From positions 38,412-62,411 of the forward strand of contig JAHLVZ010000001.1 of assembly GCA_019058165.1 (NCBI GenBank): a stretch of DNA of 24,000 nucleotides. The letters are read 5' to 3'. The position numbers and the translations under genes were made by a program. The first letter of the stretch is position 1; every line of letters begins with the position of its first letter. Below the pieces are notes generated by a model, which made no database searches, was not told the DNA's origin, and saw only the letters and a list, made by a program, of their open reading frames with translations. Shown one piece after another: positions 1 to 8,058 of the stretch. The DNA comes from Candidatus Heimdallarchaeota archaeon (GTDB lineage: Archaea; Asgardarchaeota; Heimdallarchaeia; JABLTI01).

Positions 1-657
1 TACCCCTCCAATTGCTAAAGCTGTTTCTACTATATCTTGGACAGAGGTGACATCGGATACAAGCTCAGTCTCAAAGGATATTCCTTCACGCCCTGCCATA
101 AGTGCAATACCATGGTCACCGACAGTACCTGAGATGAGAATCTTGTCTCCTGGTTGAAGCTTTGAATCTCGAATATCTAAGTCGTCAGACTCTATAATCC
201 CTATTCCAGCAGTAACAACGATCATTTGATCCAAAGTTCCTCTAGGCATAACTTTGGTATCTCCAGCAACTATAGCTACATTATTTTTCTCTGCAGTTGC
301 TGCAATTGAATCCACTATTTTCTGCAAATCTTTAATCGGAAATCCTTCTTCAACAATTATACTCGAGAGAATCGCTAATGGTTTTCCCCCCATCACGCAG
401 ACATCATTGATCGTTCCGGTTATAGCCAACTCTCCAAGATCTCCTCCGGGGAAAAATATCGGATGAACAGTGTGACCGTCAATAGATGTGACTATTCGAT
501 TTTTTCCAATAGGAATAGTTGCTCCATCATCTTTTTCATCTAATCCTATGCCATCACCAACTTTTCTGAGCTTGATGTTTTTCATGACAATTTCTAACAT
601 CTCATCCATTTTTTTTCCGCCAGCACCATGGGCGATTTCAACGAATTCTGGTAACAT
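1..657 (-). CDS. hypE: Hydrogenase maturation protein HypE, N-terminal ~219 aa (C-terminus runs off the left window edge)
   Basis: The minus-strand frame is open from ATG (complement of 655-657) down to position 1. It is absent from the ORF track because it is open-ended. My translation begins MLPEFVEIAHGAGGKKMDEML and contains HPIFFPGGDLGELAITGTINDVCVMGG, VAIVAGDTKV and ISGTVGDHG. These match the PurM-like fold and the HypE-specific AHGxGG and FFPGGxxGxLAxxGTxND motifs. Confidence 0.85.
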   Translation of the reverse strand, partial: MLPEFVEIAHGAGGKKMDEMLEIVMKNIKLRKVGDGIGLDEKDDGATIPIGKNRIVTSIDGHTVHPIFFPGGDLGELAITGTINDVCVMGGKPLAILSSIIVEEGFPIKDLQKIVDSIAATAEKNNVAIVAGDTKVMPRGTLDQMIVVTAGIGIIESDDLDIRDSKLQPGDKILISGTVGDHGIALMAGREGISFETELVSDVTSVQDIVETALAIGGV

Positions 658-853
658 TTTCTAACCATCCTAAGATACTCAACAAAACAAATGAATTTTA
701 AGGTTTAGGTTTTGAGATTAAGGATGAACTAAATATTAGAATAAATAGTCTTTTGTTAGATTTCAAAAATTACAGTAAACTACAAATAGATTCATATATT
801 ACGGGGAAAAAAAATACAACAATTAATAAGGAAAAATTGAATGAATAATTTCA

Positions 854-858
854 GGTGA
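854..858 (+). promoter_or_regulatory. Shine-Dalgarno-like GGTGA, 7 nt upstream of the GTG start of the parvulin gene
   Basis: The sequence caGGTGAaataaaaGTG is read directly. GGTGA is complementary to the conserved 16S 3' end. Similar GGTGA/GGAG/GGGTG boxes precede the starts at 8059, 12538, 5396(-), 10674(-) and 23316. Confidence 0.45.
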
Positions 859-865
859 AATAAAA

Positions 866-1156
866 GTGAGTAAAGTAAAAGCATCACATATCCTTGTAGA
901 AAAACATTCCAAAGCTGAAGAGATTTTAAACCAACTCAAATCAGCAAATCCAAAACAATTACCAAATCTCTTTGCTAAACTCGCAAGAGAAAAATCCACT
1001 TGTCCTTCAAAGAAAAGAGGTGGAAATTTAGGAGAATTTGGTCGAGGTAAAATGGCAAAAGAATTTGAGCGAGCTGCTTTTGCACTTGAGAAAGGAAAAA
1101 TTTCCGGAGTTGTAAAAACACAATTTGGTTATCATTTAATTCTCAGAACCGGTTAA
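866..1156 (+). CDS. Parvulin-type peptidyl-prolyl cis-trans isomerase (single PpiC domain, 96 aa, GTG start)
   Basis: The protein contains KASHILV near the N-terminus, CPSKKRGGNLGEFGRGKMAKEFERAAF, and GVVKTQFGYHLI at the C-terminus. This is the canonical small-parvulin (Par10/PinA-like) motif set. Confidence 0.85.
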   Translation: MSKVKASHILVEKHSKAEEILNQLKSANPKQLPNLFAKLAREKSTCPSKKRGGNLGEFGRGKMAKEFERAAFALEKGKISGVVKTQFGYHLILRTG

Positions 1157-1198
1157 AATTAACAATACAGAAATCTAAATAGTTCTTTTTCTTTGGTC

Positions 1199-1399
1199 TT
1201 ACTTCCCATCATCATACCAATGAACAGCTCCGACAGGACAATTATCTATGACTTTCTGAATTGCTGTTTTTTCAGCTTTATTTGGAGCATACACTTCAGA
1301 CCTACCCTCCGGAGCCATCCGAAAAACTTCAGAAAGGGCAAATGTACAAAGACCACATCCGGCACATTCATAAATATTTATCCGAGGTATTTTTGTCAT
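1199..1399 (-). CDS. Small single-cluster [4Fe-4S]/[3Fe-4S] ferredoxin (66 aa)
   Basis: The CAGCGLC (CxxCxxC) motif near the N-terminus plus a distal NCPVGAV (CP) motif is typical of monocluster archaeal or clostridial-type ferredoxins. Confidence 0.7.
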   Translation of the reverse strand: MTKIPRINIYECAGCGLCTFALSEVFRMAPEGRSEVYAPNKAEKTAIQKVIDNCPVGAVHWYDDGK

Positions 1400-1505
1400 T
1401 TTAGTTTACACTCAAATATTTAATTGATATTTTTTAGTGGGGTTTCAAATATAGAAGCTGCATTATCATTTAATTATTTCGCTTGAAATCACTAAAGATT
1501 TAAAT

Positions 1506-1557
1506 AAAAAAAAATAGGCGGAAAGAGAAGAAAATAGCAGAAGCAATTATTTGCTTC
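1506..1557 (-). terminator. Putative terminator of the ABC ATPase gene: 7-bp hairpin plus T9 run (minus strand)
   Basis: The hairpin gaagcaa-ttat-ttgcttc lies at 1540-1557, immediately downstream (minus sense) of the stop at 1565-1567. A run of 9 A on the plus strand (T9 on minus) follows at 1506-1514. Confidence 0.3.
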
Positions 1558-1564
1558 AATAGTT

Positions 1565-2743
1565 CTATCCTAAATCTTCTTCTTCTTTTTCTTCTTTCTT
1601 GAAAAATCGTTGTCGGACTCTGTCCATTCGTTTTCGGAAGCCTTTTTCAGCAATGATATCAAGTTGGTCATCGACGTATATTTCGCGCATTTTTTCTGTG
1701 TACTCTTCGACTTCTGAAACAGGATATTTGTTAAATAGATGGCATCTAACAGTGTGGTGTGGAGCAACTTGTCGTAGTTTTGGAATGTCTACTTTACAGA
1801 TGTCCATAGTATGTGAACAACGTGGGTGGAATCGACAACCCTCTGGTGGAGCAATTAAATTCGGAATAGATCCAGGAATGATGGTTAAATCATCATCTTT
1901 TCTTGTATCCGGTTTTGGAATTGCACCTAATAATGCAATAGTATATGGATGCATTGGGTTCTTGTAAATTTCAATAGTTGAAGCATATTCTACAATATAA
2001 CCTGCATACATAACGGTAGTATAATCACACAATTCCGCAATAACTCCAAGGTCATGAGTAATGAGCATAATAGACATGTTGAACTCATTACGAATAGCCT
2101 TGAATATGTTCAAAATTTGTGCTTGAATAGTAACATCTAATGCTGTTGTTGGTTCATCAGCAATTAGTAATTCTGGATTGCATGAAAGAGCCATAGCAAT
2201 CATAACTCTTTGTCGCATACCTCCAGAGAACATAAATGGATAATCATCAACTCTATCAGCTGCACTTGGAATACCAACTAAGTCCATAATCTTGATAGCG
2301 TTTTCTCTTGCAGTTTGAAGATCTACTTCTTGGTGAAGCCTAATGGCTTCCATGATTTGGTCTCCAACAGTAAGAACAGGATTAAGTGAAGTCATGGGGT
2401 CTTGGAAGATCATAGCAATTTTGTTACCACGAATGGTGCGCATTTCTGCATCAGATTTCTTTCTTAAATCTTCGCCTCTAAACCAAACTTCTCCTTCAAT
2501 AATTTTACCTGGTGGGTCAGGAACAATGCCCATAACAGACAAAGCACTAACTGATTTTCCGCAACCTGATTCGCCTACAATTCCAAGGGTTTTTGATTCA
2601 TAAACTTTGTACCCGACGTTTTCAAGTGCTTTAACAACGCCTTCCTCGGTAAAGAAATAGGTCCGAATTCCACGGACGTCAAGTAAAACGCCTTCTTCTT
2701 CAGGAGGACGCAGTTCTTCTTCTTCAAAGGTTGTATCGCTCAT
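1565..2743 (-). CDS. oppD: Oligopeptide/dipeptide-type ABC transporter ATP-binding protein (OppD/DppD family) with an extended charged C-terminus
   Basis: It has Walker A GESGCGKS, the signature FSGGMRQR, Walker [13 protein letters not shown], the H-loop ITHDL, and the family-specific C-terminal PxGCxFxxRC region ([11 protein letters not shown]). I place the start at the internal ATG (MSDTTFEEE...) at 2743 rather than the ORF-track start at 2800. The gene symbol is family-level only. Confidence 0.8.
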   Translation of the reverse strand: MSDTTFEEEELRPPEEEGVLLDVRGIRTYFFTEEGVVKALENVGYKVYESKTLGIVGESGCGKSVSALSVMGIVPDPPGKIIEGEVWFRGEDLRKKSDAEMRTIRGNKIAMIFQDPMTSLNPVLTVGDQIMEAIRLHQEVDLQTARENAIKIMDLVGIPSAADRVDDYPFMFSGGMRQRVMIAMALSCNPELLIADEPTTALDVTIQAQILNIFKAIRNEFNMSIMLITHDLGVIAELCDYTTVMYAGYIVEYASTIEIYKNPMHPYTIALLGAIPKPDTRKDDDLTIIPGSIPNLIAPPEGCRFHPRCSHTMDICKVDIPKLRQVAPHHTVRCHLFNKYPVSEVEEYTEKMREIYVDDQLDIIAEKGFRKRMDRVRQRFFKKEEKEEEDLG

Positions 2744-3091
2744 TTTCTTATCTCCGAAACAATTCCGCCTATTATTTTCTATTATAGTACTATTAAACAA
2801 TTTTCTTCGATTTAATTAATTTTCTATACAAGACATAATTGAATGTGAAAATTTCTTTCTTTTTACTGAATAGAACTTATTAACTAATTTTACTTTAAAA
2901 ATAATGTGTTTGTTTCGTGGAATGCTTTTTTAAGAGATTTTAAGCTGTTTTTGCAAAATAAAAACTGAAAAACGCCATTTACTCTCTTTAGTGAATTGAC
3001 CAATTATTTTTTATATATCATGAAATCCTCTTTTCGTTTGAAATTTACTCATTGATGTTTTAATGAAATTGTTATTGGAGATAGAAACCAA

Positions 3092-4432
3092 ATGACACCT
3101 ACAAAAGTTATCATTATGGGAGCAGCTGGAAGAGATTTCCATAATTTTAACACCTATTTTAGAGATAATGAGAATTATGAAGTCGTTGCCTTTACTGCAA
3201 CACAAATCCCTGATATAGAAGGACGAACTTATCCTAAAGAACTTGCAGGAAAGCTTTATCCAAAGGGAATCCCAATTTTTGATGAAGTAAAATTAGAAGA
3301 AGTTATTGAGAAGACAAAAGCAGATGTTTGTGTTCTTTCCTACAGTGATTTACCTTATGATTATGTTATGCATTTAGCTTCTAAGGTAATGGGCTTAGGA
3401 CCCAACTTTTGGATGCTCGGAAAGAAGAAAACCTCAATTGAATCCTCGAAACCTGTTATATCTGTTTGTGCTGTTAGAACAGGATGTGGAAAGAGTCAAA
3501 CTAGTCGAAAAATCGCAGTTAGCCTTTCCAAAATGGGTCTAAAAGTAGTAGCCATTCGTCATCCTATGCCTTATGATCCGGACCTAAATTCACAAGCTTG
3601 TCAAAGATATGCAACTTTAGATGATTTAGACAAATATCGTTGTACAATAGAGGAAAGAGAGGAATATGAACCACTCATAATGAATGGTATAATTCTCTAC
3701 GCAGGCGTTGATTATGGACTGATTCTAAAAGAAGCAGAGAAAGAAGCTGATATTATTTTATGGGATGGTGGAAACAACGACTTTCCATTCTATAAATCAG
3801 ATTTAGAAATTGTCGTAACAGATCCCCACCGACCTGGTCATGAAGTTAGTTATTATCCGGGTGAAGTTAACCTAAGAACTGCAGATGTTGTTATAATCAA
3901 CAAAATGGCAACTGCTGATAGAGAAAACATTGCAATTGTAAGATCAAATATTGCGAAAGTCAATCCAAAAGCAACTGTGATTGATGGAGCTTCTCCCTTG
4001 ACTGTTGATGGTTATGAGAAAATAAAGGGTAAACGAGTTCTTGTTGTAGAGGATGGCCCAACTCTAACCCATGGTGATATGGAATATGGTGCGGGAGCAC
4101 TTGCAGCCTGGAAATTCGGAGCTAAGGAACTCATAGATCCAAGACCAAAAGCAGTTGGTTCCATCAAAGCAACTTTTGAAAAATACAATCACTTAGGAAT
4201 TATCCTTCCAGCAATGGGTTATGGTAAGAAACAAATTGACGAACTAGAAAAAACAATTAATGACATTGATTGTGATTTAGTTCTGATAGGAACACCAATC
4301 GATTTAGCACGAATCGTCAACATAAAGCATGAAACCGTCAGAGTAAAGTATGACTTGCAAGAAATCGGTCATCCTGATTTAATGGATGTTCTTAAACCAT
4401 TCTTGAAGAAGAAAGGATTATTAAAAAAATAA
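3092..4432 (+). CDS. COG2403-family P-loop protein (databases label it predicted GTPase or cyclic 2,3-diphosphoglycerate synthetase-like)
   Basis: The N-terminus is VIIMGAAGRDFHNFN. It has the P-loop VRTGCGKSQTS and the conserved CTIEEREEYEP, ILWDGGNND and DPHRPGHE blocks that I recognise from this family. GGAG lies 11 nt upstream of the ATG. The biochemical function is not established from the sequence. Confidence 0.6.
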   Translation: MTPTKVIIMGAAGRDFHNFNTYFRDNENYEVVAFTATQIPDIEGRTYPKELAGKLYPKGIPIFDEVKLEEVIEKTKADVCVLSYSDLPYDYVMHLASKVMGLGPNFWMLGKKKTSIESSKPVISVCAVRTGCGKSQTSRKIAVSLSKMGLKVVAIRHPMPYDPDLNSQACQRYATLDDLDKYRCTIEEREEYEPLIMNGIILYAGVDYGLILKEAEKEADIILWDGGNNDFPFYKSDLEIVVTDPHRPGHEVSYYPGEVNLRTADVVIINKMATADRENIAIVRSNIAKVNPKATVIDGASPLTVDGYEKIKGKRVLVVEDGPTLTHGDMEYGAGALAAWKFGAKELIDPRPKAVGSIKATFEKYNHLGIILPAMGYGKKQIDELEKTINDIDCDLVLIGTPIDLARIVNIKHETVRVKYDLQEIGHPDLMDVLKPFLKKKGLLKK

Positions 4433-4441
4433 ACTAATAAG

Positions 4442-4465
4442 ACGGTAAGAGGTTTTTCTCTCCGT
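4442..4465. terminator. Imperfect hairpin between convergent genes (possible bidirectional terminator)
   Basis: In acggtaagag-gttttt-ctctccgt, ACGG pairs with CCGT and AGAG with CTCT, with a TA bulge. T-rich tracts lie on both sides. It sits between the stops at 4430-4432(+) and 4470-4472(-). Confidence 0.3.
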
Positions 4466-4469
4466 AACT

Positions 4470-5396
4470 TTATTTTCTTTTCTTTTTGCAATTTTTTGCA
4501 AATGTTTTTCGAAGAATCTTAATTTGCGCTGAAACATCTTCTTGTGGTTTCGTACCTTTAATATTTAAAACTGAACCATCTTTGATCGCGAAAAGAATCG
4601 AAAGTATTCTAAGATCACCTAATCCCCTTAGTGTAGCAAATCCATCATTTGCGACTTCAATACATAGCTTCTTTATGGCTTTGCATTTTTCAGTACAATC
4701 AACGCAATCAGATATTTCAGCGTGAACATCATTGTTTTGTAAATTTACCCGGAAGAAGATATCATCTAATTTGAATAATACTTCATGCTTTTCATTAACC
4801 ACAAACCCTTGTTTCTTTGCTATATCCTCAACAGTTTCCAAGTCAAACCCTATTGGAATATATGATATCGTACGTTGTATGTTGACAACTATATCTTCTA
4901 CTAAATCTCTTAGAAGGGATGAAATATCATCTAGATTTGCCCATTGATGAAATGAAAAATTCTCAAGGTACTTTTCTCTGAAAACTTTTCTAAATTTAGT
5001 TTTCATTTGTGAATAAGCTTTTTTGTCTTCGATTTTTGGTGTAAGTATTACTATCTCGTAAAGAGCATTTATTTTGTCTTGAACAATCTCCAGAGTATTT
5101 TTCACAAAATTGTGTGCATTCTTGGATCCGCACATGAAAATGTATTTCCTTGCTCCCACAAAGTAGAAGGGTAAAATTACTCGATTCAAAGGTGTCCCAG
5201 TGACTGTTGTGACCCATATTTGTAAATCAACTTCCCCCCGTGAAGTATTGGTTCGAAAAACAATTGGATCTACACCTATTAATTGAAGCAAATTCCCTTT
5301 GTGATGAGCAGTGATCTCTCTAAGGTGTTCATGGTATTGGTCCTTCAGAATGGTTGGCTCTAAAACCAACATGACTTTTGTGAGAAATCTTACCAT
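4470..5396 (-). CDS. Ras-superfamily-like protein with degenerate nucleotide-binding motifs (putative pseudo-GTPase) plus a Cys-containing C-terminal domain
   Basis: My hand alignment to the Rab/Ras core: LIGVDP vs TIGVDF; VDLQIWVTTVTG vs vkLQIWDTAGQE; YFVGARKYIF vs YYRGAxGxiv; ILTPKIED vs LVGNKxDL. The P-loop position reads LVLEPTILKD. I chose the ATG at 5396 (MVRFLTKVMLVL) because GGGTG lies 6 nt upstream. The ORF-track TTG start at 5438 and the ATG at 5414 are alternatives. Confidence 0.5.
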   Translation of the reverse strand: MVRFLTKVMLVLEPTILKDQYHEHLREITAHHKGNLLQLIGVDPIVFRTNTSRGEVDLQIWVTTVTGTPLNRVILPFYFVGARKYIFMCGSKNAHNFVKNTLEIVQDKINALYEIVILTPKIEDKKAYSQMKTKFRKVFREKYLENFSFHQWANLDDISSLLRDLVEDIVVNIQRTISYIPIGFDLETVEDIAKKQGFVVNEKHEVLFKLDDIFFRVNLQNNDVHAEISDCVDCTEKCKAIKKLCIEVANDGFATLRGLGDLRILSILFAIKDGSVLNIKGTKPQEDVSAQIKILRKTFAKNCKKKRK

Positions 5397-5520
5397 GAAC
5401 TGCACCCGAATCATATAATCGTTGTTTGCTAACAACAACGTTAGTATTTAACAAATATTAATCTTTCAATCTAAGAATTTCAACAAGAGCATTTTTTAAT
5501 TTTATTCGTCTTGTTTGTTT

Positions 5521-6267
5521 ATGAAACTTCTATTCCCAATTTTTCCAGCGAATTCTATACCATTTGTAACAGTTGAACAAATGAGAGAAGTTGACAGATT
5601 AATGATAGAAGAATATAGAATTTCTTTAATTCAGATGATGGAAAACGCTGCACATAGTCTAGCAAATTTATGTAGAATCCTCTATCCGAAAGCTGAGAAA
5701 TTTATAATCTTAGCAGGAAAAGGAAATAATGGGGGTGGAGGATTGGCGGCAGCAAGAAGACTTCACAGTTGGGGTTATGATACAAAAGTAATACTAGCTA
5801 GTGAAGAAAGTTCACTGAAAGATGTTCCAAAAAAACAGCTTAGTATTTTGAAGAATGTAGACATTGAAATTGCATATGATAGTGAGTTAAAGGGACTTGA
5901 ACATACAGCAATTGATACTGTAATAATTGATGCATTACTTGGGTATAGTTTGAAAGGTAATCCGAGAGGAAACTATGCTAATTTGATTACTACTGTAAAT
6001 AAATCAAATCTACCGATTATCAGTTTAGATATTCCTTCAGGAATAGAAGGGACAAAAGGAGAAATCTACAAACCAGTAATTAATGCTAAAGCTACACTTA
6101 CATTGGCTTTACCTAAAACTGCATTTCTTAATAAGAAAACTCATCCTTTTCTGGGTGAATTATATGTAGCGGATATTTCTGTTCCACCGAAACTCTATTC
6201 GGATATGGGTATTTCGTACCCTAAAAAACTCTTTCAGAACAAGGAAATTATAGAAGTTATTTTTTAG
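5521..6267 (+). CDS. nnrE: NAD(P)H-hydrate epimerase (stand-alone YjeF N-terminal domain)
   Basis: VTVEQMREVDRLMIEEYRISLIQMMENAA followed by ILAGKGNNGGGGLAAARRL and IIDALLGYSLKG are characteristic YjeF_N motifs. No C-terminal dehydratase (carbohydrate-kinase) domain is present. ATG at 5521 is preferred over the TTG at 5515. Confidence 0.8.
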   Translation: MKLLFPIFPANSIPFVTVEQMREVDRLMIEEYRISLIQMMENAAHSLANLCRILYPKAEKFIILAGKGNNGGGGLAAARRLHSWGYDTKVILASEESSLKDVPKKQLSILKNVDIEIAYDSELKGLEHTAIDTVIIDALLGYSLKGNPRGNYANLITTVNKSNLPIISLDIPSGIEGTKGEIYKPVINAKATLTLALPKTAFLNKKTHPFLGELYVADISVPPKLYSDMGISYPKKLFQNKEIIEVIF

Positions 6268-7352
6268 AGTATTTTTTCCTTTTTCATCAAATCAGTGGAC
6301 CATTGGTGTTTAGAAGCATCAAAAGCTCCTTTCCATAGACCATAAAATTCTGATTTCTTGTAATCTAAGTAAAAGAGTTTTACCTTCTTGCTAACACTCC
6401 AAATGATAGCAGAGATGTCCGAGAAATGAGAGGCAGGGCATCTCAAATACCACAAGAAACCATTCTCTGTTATCTTAAAAGTCGATTCAAAAGGAATTGG
6501 ATCTTTTATCAAAAGATTTTGAAGTTTATTTGCTGTTTTTTCGTCGCATTCACACTGAACTAAGAATGAATTATAGATTTCAAAAGCTTCCCAGCGAAGG
6601 AAGACCATGTATTGGGAAATTATCTTTTCGTCCAAGAACTTGACCTTACGACTGATTTTTTGCTGAAGACCTACAGTTGATCTATCTAGTTGTAAAGAAT
6701 CCATAATAGTAGTGTTTTTTCGACGAGCACCCATCGTTAATTCTTGTAATAAGGCAATATCAAGAGCATCCAGTTTTAGTAGAAGAGATTTCTCAGTTGT
6801 TCTTTCGATTCTTTTAGAATCTACTGAATCTATTTTTTGTATCCAAACGTTCCAATCAAAATTCCAACGCATCAGTTTTGATGTCCAATTCTTGAGATTA
6901 GCTTTAGTGTAAATAGTTTCTGCGTTAGAGGGAATCATAGGTATTATGTAATTCTGAATTTTATTTTTCTTTTTCAATTGATTGAGTAAGTCCAGTAGTA
7001 ATTCTTGGGAATTTTTAGGAATACGAAATTGCACATATAAACCATTGAAATTACCAAAACAGCGGATGCGGAAGAGAGTATAAGGATGGTTGTAACAAAT
7101 CTGCTTCTCAAAGTACTCTACATTCTCTATACTATCGATTTCTATTAACACATCAACTATTTCTAAATCAAGGGTATCTGGAATCAAATTTGCAAAGACG
7201 TTATAATATGATTTGTCTTTTTTCAACAACTCAAGCCTAGTTATGACTGTAGGAGTAGAAAGATTAACAGATTTTGCTAATTTAGAAGCAGGTGCAAGTG
7301 GATTTTCTTGCATAGCAATTAGGAGCTCTAAATCTCTCTCTTCTATAGCCAT
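6264..7352 (-). CDS. Tandem-duplicated Lrp/AsnC-like transcription regulator (two wHTH modules in one 362-aa chain)
   Basis: There are two copies of the Lrp/AsnC N-terminal pattern: ERDLELLIAMQENPLAPASKLAKSVNLSTPTVITRLELLKKD, and LDALDIALLQELTMGARRKNTTIMDSLQLDRSTVGLQQKISRKVKFL. Each is followed by about 90-110 aa of beta/alpha-looking sequence. The stop overlaps the nnrE stop by 4 nt (convergent). Confidence 0.65.
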   Translation of the reverse strand: MAIEERDLELLIAMQENPLAPASKLAKSVNLSTPTVITRLELLKKDKSYYNVFANLIPDTLDLEIVDVLIEIDSIENVEYFEKQICYNHPYTLFRIRCFGNFNGLYVQFRIPKNSQELLLDLLNQLKKKNKIQNYIIPMIPSNAETIYTKANLKNWTSKLMRWNFDWNVWIQKIDSVDSKRIERTTEKSLLLKLDALDIALLQELTMGARRKNTTIMDSLQLDRSTVGLQQKISRKVKFLDEKIISQYMVFLRWEAFEIYNSFLVQCECDEKTANKLQNLLIKDPIPFESTFKITENGFLWYLRCPASHFSDISAIIWSVSKKVKLFYLDYKKSEFYGLWKGAFDASKHQWSTDLMKKEKIL

Positions 7353-7359
7353 AATTTAA

Positions 7360-7863
7360 CTATCCTATGTTTAGACCTATTGTGGGGGTTCCTCCGCCTT
7401 CTCCTGTGCCGGTTGGGGGATCAAAGATTATACTGCAAAAGCACGTATACTTTATGTTTTGAATTCTTACATGAGAAGAAAAGTTGATCGTATACCATCC
7501 TGGTTCTGTAACAGTATTGTAAACATCAAATTGAATTACACATGAAATCGAATCAAATCTAATATATCCTTTGAAGGTAAAAGTTGAGTTTGAAGGAAGG
7601 ACAATTTCAAAGAGACAATCAAGTCTTATCTGTGAACCATCAAAATAATCAGGATTGAAATACACATTGACAGAGAATCTGGTGTCGTCTTCTGCACCAT
7701 CAAAATCAGTATCTAAGTACTCAGCATGAATGAACGACATTTCATAGACAGATGGATTTCTCATTGGATATCCTTGTGTGCTTAAAACAGATGTAGGAAT
7801 AATAAGGAATGTGAAAAATAATAGGAAAATAATACTAAGGAATTTTTTACTACGAGTTTTCAT
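7360..7863 (-). CDS. Small secreted beta-rich protein of unknown function (167 aa, N-terminal signal peptide)
   Basis: MKTRSKKFLSIIFLLFFTFLIIPTSVLS is a typical Sec signal. The mature part has alternating hydrophobic beta-like patterns, an acidic DTDFDGAEDD loop, an NST sequon and a Gly/Thr-rich tail (PPTGTGEGGGTP). It lies 7 nt upstream of the Lrp-like gene. Confidence 0.55.
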   Translation of the reverse strand: MKTRSKKFLSIIFLLFFTFLIIPTSVLSTQGYPMRNPSVYEMSFIHAEYLDTDFDGAEDDTRFSVNVYFNPDYFDGSQIRLDCLFEIVLPSNSTFTFKGYIRFDSISCVIQFDVYNTVTEPGWYTINFSSHVRIQNIKYTCFCSIIFDPPTGTGEGGGTPTIGLNIG

Positions 7864-7973
7864 TTTAATATCCTCTTTCTCATAAAATAACTACTTAGAT
7901 TATTTTAAAGCCCTTAATATATTTATCTTAAAAAATCGCATCCTTTTAAATACCATGATAGATAAGTTAATTC

Positions 7974-7990
7974 GGTTTATTTAAAAAACC
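7974..7990. promoter_or_regulatory. AT-rich inverted repeat GGTTT-N7-AAACC in the divergent promoter region (candidate Lrp-type operator)
   Basis: The sequence ggtttatttaaaaaacc is read directly. Its architecture (5-bp arms, A/T-rich centre) resembles archaeal Lrp-family sites. Two ttaatatat boxes (~7914 and ~8006) lie 45-55 nt from the two divergent starts and may be TATA boxes. In DNA this AT-rich the repeat could arise by chance. Confidence 0.2.
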
Positions 7991-8058
7991 TTTATAAGTC
8001 ATCTTTAATATATCCATTGTTGTCACTCTCTAAAAGGTGAAGGAAAAGAGTTGATTTT

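Noticed and set aside
1193-1423. 76-aa plus-strand ORF overlapping the ferredoxin gene
   Set aside because: It is an antisense shadow of the minus-strand ferredoxin ORF, which has clear Cys-cluster motifs. The plus-frame product is low-complexity with no recognisable motif.
1570-2603. ORFs 1570-1767(-), 1599-1967(+) and 2343-2603(+) inside the ABC ATPase gene
   Set aside because: These are alternative-frame or antisense ORFs fully nested in a gene with complete Walker A/B, signature and H-loop motifs. Such ORFs are typical artefacts.
2744-2800. 19-codon N-terminal extension of the ABC ATPase ORF (MFNSTIIENNRRNCFGDKK)
   Set aside because: The internal ATG at 2743 gives an N-terminus (MSDTTFEEE...) directly preceding the conserved core. 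The extension has no homology-like features. The choice remains uncertain.
3011-3205. 64-aa minus-strand ORF overlapping the start of the COG2403 gene
   Set aside because: It overlaps the well-supported plus-strand start and promoter region, has no RBS-like box, and has odd composition.
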